Shown in pieces: positions 57,301-64,000 of a stretch of 64,000 bases of DNA. This DNA is from Eledone cirrhosa (Eukaryota): assembly GCA_964016885.1 (NCBI GenBank), contig OZ024741.1:210986001-211050000 (forward strand), written 5' to 3'. Made by a program: the position numbers and the translations under genes. Under the pieces are notes generated by a model. It saw only the letters and a list, made by a program, of their open reading frames with translations. It was not told the origin of the DNA and searched no databases. Numbering within the stretch: position 1 is the stretch's first letter; each line of letters opens with the position of its first letter.

Positions 57301-60300
57301 CCTATCTCAGCCACAGTCCACCTATCTCAGCCACAGTCCACTGTCTCAGCCACAGTCCATTGTCTCAGCCTCAGTCCACTGTCTCAGCCTCAGTACACCT
57401 ATCTCAGCCACAGTCCACCTATCTCAGCCACAGTCCACTGTCTCAGCCACAGTCCACTGTCTCAGCCTCAGTCCACTGTCTCAGCCTCAGTCCACCTATC
57501 TCAGCAACAGTCCACTGTCTCAGCCACAGTCCACTGTCTCAGCCTCAGTTCACTGTCTCAGCGACAGTCCACTGTCTCAGCTACAGTCCACTGTCTGAGC
57601 CACAGTCCATTGTCTCAGCCTCAGTCCACTGTCTCAGCCTCAGTACACCTATCTCAGCCACAGTCCACTGTCTCAGCCTCAGTCCACCTATCTCAGCCAC
57701 AGTCCACCTATCTCAGCCACAGTCCACTGTCTCAGCCACAGTCCATTGTCTCAGCCTCAGTCCACTGTCTCATCCTCACTACACCTATCTCAGCCACAGT
57801 CCACTGTCTCAGCCTCAGTCCACCTATCTCAGCCACAGTCCACCTATCTCAGCCACAGTCCACTGTCTCAGCCACAGTCCATTGTCTCAGCCTCAGTCCA
57901 CCTTCTCAGCCTCAGTACACCTATCTCAGCCACAGTCCACTGTCTCAGCCACAATCCACCTATCTCAGCCAGAGTCCACCGTCTCAGCCACAGTCCACTG
58001 TCTCAGCCACAGTCCACTGTCTCAGTCTCAGTCCACTGTCTCAGCCTCAGTCCACCTATCTCAGTCTCAGTCCACTGTCTCTGACTCAGTCCACCTATCT
58101 CAGTCACAGTCCACTGTCTCAGCCACAGTCCACTGTCTCAGCCACAGTCCACCTATCTCAGCCACAGTCCACCTATCTCAGCCACAGTCCACTTATCTCA
58201 GTCTCAGTCCACTGTCTCAGCCACAGTCCACTGTCTCAGTCTCAGTCCACTGTCTCAGCCTCAGTCCACTGTCTCAGCCTCAGTCCACTGTCTTAGCCTC
58301 AGTCCACCTATCTCAGTCTCAGTCCACTGTCTCAGCCACAGTCCACTGTCTCTATCTCGGTCCACCTATCTCAGCCACAGTCCACTGTCTCAGCCACAGT
58401 CCACTGTCTCAGCCACAGTCCACTGTCTCAGCTACAGTCCACTGTCTCAGCCACAGTCCACTGTCTCAGCCTCAGTCCACTGTCTCAGCCACAGTCCACT
58501 TATCTCAGCCTCAGTCCACTGTCTCAGTCTCAGTCCACCTATCTCAGCCACAGTCCACTTATCTCAGCCACAGTCCACTGTCTCAGCCTCAGTCCACTGT
58601 CTCAGCCTCAGTCCACCTATCTCAGCCACAGTCCACTGTCTCAGCCACAGACCACTTATCTCAGTCTCAGTCCACCTATCTCAGCCACAGTCCACTTATC
58701 TCAGTCTCAGTCCACTGTCTCAGCCACAGTCCACTGTCTCATCCTCAGTCCACCTATCTCAGCCACAGTCCACAGTCTCAGCCTCAGTCCACCTACCTCA
58801 GCCTCAGTCCACCTATCTCAGCCACAGTCCACGTATCTCAGCCACAGTCCACTGTCTCAGCCTCAGTCCACTGTCTCAGCCACAGTCCACTGTCTCAGCC
58901 TCAATACACCTATCTCAGCCACAGTCCACTGTCTCAGCCACAGTCCACTGTCTCAGCCTCAGTCCACTGTCTCAGCCACAGTCCACCTATCTCAGCCACA
59001 GTCCACTGTCTCAGCCACAGTCCACCTATCTCAGCCTCAGTCCACTGTCTCAGGCTCAGTCCACTGTCTCAGCCACAGTCCACCTATCTCAGCCACAGTC
59101 CACCTATCTCAGCCACAGACCACTTATCTCAGTCTCAGTCAACCTATCTCAGTCTCAGTCCACTGTCTCAGTCTCAGTCCACCTATCTCAGTCACAGTCC
59201 ACCTATCTCAGTCTCAGTCCACTGTCTCAGCCACAGACCACTTATCTCAGTCTCAGTCCACCTATCTCAGTCTCAGTCCACCTATCTCAGCCTCAGTCCA
59301 CCTATCTCAGCCACAGTCCACCTATCTCAGCCACAGTCCACTGTCTCATCCTCAGTCAACCTATCTCAGCCACAGTCCACAGTCTCAGCCTCAGTCCACC
59401 TATCTCAGCCACAGTCTCACTGTCTCAGCCTCAGTCCACTCTCTCAGCCACAGTCCACTTATCTCAGTCTCAGTCCACTGTCTCAGCCACAGTCCACTGT
59501 CTCAGCCTCAGTCCACCTATCTCAGCCACAGTCCACTGTCTCAGCCTCAGTCCACTGTCTCAGCCACAGTCCACCTATCTCAGTCTCAGTCCACCTATCT
59601 CAGTCTCAGTCCACCTATCTCAGCTTCAGTCCACCTATCTCAGCCACAGTCCACCTATCTCAGCCTCAGTCCACTGTCTCAGTCTCAGTCCACTGTCTCA
59701 GCCACAGTCCACTGTCTCAGCCACAGTCCACCTATCTCAGCCACAGTCCACCTATCTCAGCCACAGACCACTTATCTCAGTCTCAGTCCACCTATCTCAG
59801 TCTCAGTCCACTGTCTCAGCCTCAGTCCACCTATCTCAGTCACAGTCCACCTATCTCAGTCTCAGTCCACTGTCTCAGCCACAGACCACTTATCTCAGTC
59901 TCAGTCCACCTATCTCAGTCTCAGTCCACCTATCTCAGCCTCAGTCCACCTATCTCAGCCACACCACAGTCCACCTATCTCAGCCACAGTCCACTGTCTC
60001 ATCCTCAGTCAACCTATCTCAGCCACAGTCCACAGTCTCAGCCTCAGTCCACCTATCTCAGCCACAGTCTCACTGTCTCAGCCTCAGTCCACTCTCTCAG
60101 CCACAGTCCACTTATCTCAGTCTCAGTCCACTGTCTCAGCCACAGTCCACTGTCTCAGCCTCAGTCCACTGTCTCAGCCACGGTCCACAGTCTCAGCCTC
60201 AGTCCACCTATCTCAGTCTCAGTCCACCTATCTCAGTCTCAGTCCACCTATCTCAGCTTCAGTCCACCTATCTCAGCCACAGTCCACCTATCTCAGCCTC

Positions 60301-61800
60301 AGTCCACTGTCTCAGTCTCAGTCCACTGTCTCAGCCACAGTCCACTGTCTCAGCCTCAGTCCACTGTCTTAGCCTCAGTCCACCTATCTCAGTCTCAGTT
60401 CACTGTCTCAGCCACAGTCCACTGTCTCTATCTCGGTCCACCTATCTCAGCCACAGTCCACTGTCTCAGCCACATTCCACTGTCTCAGCCACAGTCCACT
60501 GTCTCAGCTACAGTCCACTGTCTCAGCCACAGTCCACTGTCTCAGCCTCAGTCCACTGTCTCAGCCACAGTCCACTTATCTCAGCCTCAGTCCACTGTCT
60601 CAGTCTCAGTCCACCTATCTCAGCCACAGTCCACTTATCTCAGCCACAGTCCACTGTCTCAGCCTCAGTCCACTGTCTCAGCCACAGTCCACTGTCTCAG
60701 CCACAGACCACTTATCTCAGTCTCAGTCCACCTATCTCAGCCACAGTCCACTTATCTCAGCTTCAGTCCACCTATCTCAGCCACAGTCCACAGTCTCAGC
60801 CTCAGTCCACCTACCTCAGCCTCAGTCCACCTATCTCAGCCACAGTCCACGTATCTCAGCCACAGTCCACTGTCTCAGCCACAGTCCACTGTCTCAGCCT
60901 CAATACACCTATCTCAGCCACAGTCCACTGTCTCAGCCACAGTCCACTGTCTCAGCCTCAGTCCACTGTCTCAGCCACAGTCCACCTATCTCAGCCACAG
61001 TCCACTGTCTCAGCCACAGTCCACCTATCTCAGCCTCAGTCCACTGTCTCAGTCTCAGTCCACTGTCTCAGCCACAGTCCACTGTCTCAGCCTCAGTCCA
61101 CCTATCTCAGCCTCAGTCCACTTATCTCAGTCTCAGTCCACTGTCTCATCCTCAGTCAACCTATCTCAGCCACAGTCCACTGTCTCAGCCTCAGTCCACT
61201 GTCTCAGCCACAGTCCACAGTCTCAGCCTCAGTCCACCTATCTCAGTCTCAGTCCACCTATCTCAGTCTCAGTCCACCTATCTCAGCTTCAGTCCACCTA
61301 TCTCAGCCACAGTCCACCTATCTCAGCCTCAGTCCACTGTCTCAGTCTCAGTCCACTGTCTCAGCCACAGTCCACTGACTCAGCCACAGTCCACCTATCT
61401 CAGCCCCAGTCCACTGTCTCAGTCTCAGTCCACTGTCTCAGCCACAGTCCACCTATCTCAGCCACAGTCCACCTATCTCAGCCACAGACCACTTATCTCA
61501 GTCTCAGTCCACCTATCTCAGTCTCAGTCCACTGTCTCAGCCTCAGTCCACCTATCTCAGTCACAATCCACCTATCTCAGTCTCAGTCCACTGTCTCAGC
61601 CACAGACCACTTATCTCAGTCTCAGTCCACCTATCTCAGTCTCAGTCCACCTATCTCAGCCTCAGTCCACCTATCTCAGCCACAGTCCACTGTCTCATCC
61701 TCAGTCAACCTATCTCAGCCACAGTCCACAGTCTCAGCCTCAGTCCACCTATCTCAGCCACAGTCTCACTGTCTCAGCCTCAGTCCACTCTCTCAGCCAC
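47850..61800 (+). repeat. Dispersed block duplication, about 47.85-52.8 kb repeated at about 56.85-61.8 kb (offset 8976)
   Basis: cacatatc 47875/56851, ORF starts 48634/57610, tctatctcgg 49375/58351 and 51451/60427, and the insertion at 50983/59959 all differ by 8976. The offset falls to 8938 after a 38-bp (two-monomer) loss near 60760. Confidence 0.88.
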
Positions 61801-64000
61801 GGTCCACTTATCTCAGTCTCAGTCCACTGTCTCAGCCACAGTCCACTGTCTCAGCCTCAGTCCACTGTCTCAGCCACGGTCCACAGTCTCAGCCTCAGTC
61901 CACCTATCTCAGTCTCAGTCCACCTATCTCAGTCTCAGTCCACCTATCTCAGCTTCAGTCCACCTATCTCAGCCACAGTCCACCTATCTCAGCCTCAGTC
62001 CACTGTCTCAGTCTCAGTCCACTGTCTCAGCCACAGTCCACTGTCTCAGCCTCAGTCCACTGTCTTAGCCTCAGTCCACCTATCTCAGTCTCAGTTCACT
62101 GTCTCAGCCACAGTCCACTGTCTCTATCTCGGTCCACCTATCTCAGCCACAGTCCACTGTCTCAGCCACAGTCCACTGTCTCAGCCACAGTCCACTGTCT
62201 CAGCTACAGTCCACTGTCTCAGCCACAGTCCACTGTCTCAGCCTCAGTCCACTGTCTCAGCCACAGTCCACTTATCTCAGCCTCAGTCCACTGTCTGAGT
62301 CTCAGTCCACCTATCTCAGCCACAGTCCACTTATCTCAGCCACAGTCCACTGTCTCAGCCTCAGTCCACTGTCTCAGCCACAGTCCACTGTCTCAGCCAC
62401 AGACCACTTATCTCAGTCTCAGTCCACCTATCTCAGCCACAGTCCACTTATCTCAGTCTCAGTCCACTGTCTCAGCCACAGTCCACTGTCTCATCCTCAG
62501 TCCACCTATCTCAGCCACAGTCCACAGTCTCAGCCTCAGTCCACCTACCTCAGCCTCAGTCCACCTATCTCAGCCACAGTCCACGTATCTCAGCCACAGT
62601 CCACTGTCTCAGCCACAGTCCACTGTCTCAGCCTCAATACACCTATCTCAGCCACAGTCCACTGTCTCAGCCACAGTCCACTGTCTCAGCCTCAGTCCAC
62701 TGTCTCAGCCACAGTCCACCTATCTCAGCCACAGTCCACTGTCTCAGCCACAGTCCACCTATCTCAGCCTCAGTCCACTGTCTCAGTCTCAGTCCACTGT
62801 CTCAGCCACAGTCCACTGTCTCAGCCTCAGTCCACCTATCTCAGCCACAGTCCACTTATCTCAGTCTCAGTCCACTGTCTCATCCTCAGTCAACCTATCT
62901 CAGCCACAGTCCACTGTCTCAGCCTCAGTCCACTGTCTCAGCCACAGTCCACAGTCTCAGCCTCAGTCCACCTATCTCAGTCTCAGTCCACCTATCTCAG
63001 TCTCAGTCCACCTATCTCAGCTTCAGTCCACCTATCTCAGCCACAGTCCACCTATCTCAGCCTCAGTCCACTGTCTCAGTCTCAGTCCACTGTCTCAGCC
63101 ACAGTCCACTGACTCAGCCACAGTCCACCTATCTCAGCCCCAGTCCACTGTCTCAGTCTCAGTCCACTGTCTCAGCCACAGTCCACCTATCTCAGCCACA
63201 GTCCACCTATCTCAGCCACAGACCACTTATCTCAGTCTCAGTCCACCTATCTCAGTCTCAGTCCACTGTCTCAGCCTCAGTCCACCTATCTCAGTCACAG
63301 TCCACCTATCTCAGCCTCAGTCCACTGTCTCAGCCACAGACCACTTATCTCAGTCTCAGTCCACCTATCTCAGTCTCAGTCCACCTATCTCAGCCTCAGT
63401 CCACCTATCTCAGCCACAGTCCACCTATCTCAGCCACAGTCCACTGTCTCATCCTCAGTCAACCTATCTCAGCCACAGTCCACAGTCTCAGCCTCAGTCC
63501 ACCTATCTCAGCCACAGTCTCACTGTCTCAGCCTCAGTCCACTCTCTCAGCCACAGTCCACTTATGTCAGTCTCAGTCCACTGTCTCAGCCAGAGTCCAC
63601 TGTCTCAGCCTCAGTCCACTGTCTCAGCCACAGTCCACAGTCTCAGCCTCAGTCCACCTATCTCAGTCTCAGTCCACCTATCTCAGTCTCAGTCCACCTA
63701 TCTCAGCTTCAGTCCACCTATCTCAGCCACAGTCCACCTATCTCAGCCTCAGTCCACTGTCTCAGTCTCAGTCCACTCTCTCAGCCACAGTCCACTGTCT
63801 CAGCCACAGTCCACCTATCTCAGCCTCAGTCCACTGTCTCAGTCTCAGTCCACTGTCTCAGCCACAGTCCACCTATCTCAGCCACAGTCCACCTATCTCA
63901 GCCACAGACCACTTATCTCAGTCTCAGTCCACCTATCTCAGTCTCAGTCCACTGTCTCAGCCTCAGTCCACCTATCTCAGTCACAGTCCACCTATCTCAG
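59900..64000 (+). repeat. Long-range copy of about 34.2-38.3 kb (offset 25,681-25,777)
   Basis: TGACTCA 35695/61376 and 37429/63110 and tctatctcgg 36442/62123 differ by 25681. tctatctcgg 34650/60427 and the 5-bp-insertion monomer 34182/59959 differ by 25777. Confidence 0.8.

Larger units (their letters stand above)
1..64000 (+). repeat. Tandem satellite/minisatellite array of 19/20-bp monomers, TCTCAG(CCA/CCT/TCT)CAGTCCAC(TG/CTA), about 3,300 copies, extending beyond both window ends
   Basis: Every line read consists of head-to-tail monomers such as tctcagccacagtccactg (19 bp) and tctcagccacagtccaccta (20 bp). No non-repeat sequence or inverted block was seen. The + strand is C-rich and G-poor (8-9 C versus 2-3 G per monomer), and the consensus has no CpG. 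Confidence 0.99.

Noticed and set aside
290-58296. All listed + strand ORFs (up to 2,968 aa) as protein-coding or mucin-like genes
   Set aside because: They overlap in all three frames with the same peptides, the repeat unit is not a multiple of 3, starts (mostly TTG/GTG) and stops are just rare repeat variants, and there is no unique domain, signal peptide or gene context.
1-64000. CRISPR array
   Set aside because: Repeats are directly adjacent with only 2-3-nt variable slots. There are no unique spacers, leader or cas genes.
1-64000. Immunoglobulin switch region (the - strand has GCTGAG and GGTGG motifs)
   Set aside because: AGCT hotspots occur only in rare variants, there is no GAGCT/GGGGT pentamer structure, and the array is far longer than typical switch regions.
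1-64000. Telomeric repeat or strong G-quadruplex array
   Set aside because: There is no TTAGGG-type unit. The G-rich strand has essentially only GG doublets, which allow at best weak two-tier structures.
1-64000. Chi or minisatellite-core recombination signal
   Set aside because: The - strand GGTGG/CTGTGG only partly resembles GCTGGTGG, and no exact match was seen.
1-64000. Synthetic data-storage DNA or a pure sequencing artefact
   Set aside because: Rare variants are inherited in nested, lineage-consistent blocks with private substitutions, as expected of natural satellite evolution. Individual duplications could still be assembly errors.

Overview
The whole 64 kb window is one uninterrupted, single-orientation tandem satellite/minisatellite array, probably eukaryotic. 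The organism and repeat family cannot be identified from the sequence alone. The monomer is TCTCAG-(CCA/CCT/TCT)-CAGTCCAC-(TG/CTA), 19 or 20 bp long, with roughly 3,300 copies (64,000/~19.5). I found no genes, RNA genes, transposons, CRISPR spacers or unique sequence. The long + strand ORFs are artefacts: the consensus monomer has no stop codon in any + frame. The real structure lies in the order of the monomer variants. Rare diagnostic variants reveal nested kb-scale duplications (offsets about 1.7, 2.06, 2.69, 3.06, 3.9, 5.9, 7.2, 7.5, 9.0 and 25.7 kb) and two variant domains, roughly 1-30 kb and 30-64 kb. The monomer also contains, or is one base from, several known motifs (GATA, AP-1/NF-E2, RUNX core, TGTCTC, RSS heptamer), and these links are hypotheses only. 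I found no evidence for a new protein-coding system. All offsets were counted by hand from landmark variants and the ORF track, so block boundaries are approximate.
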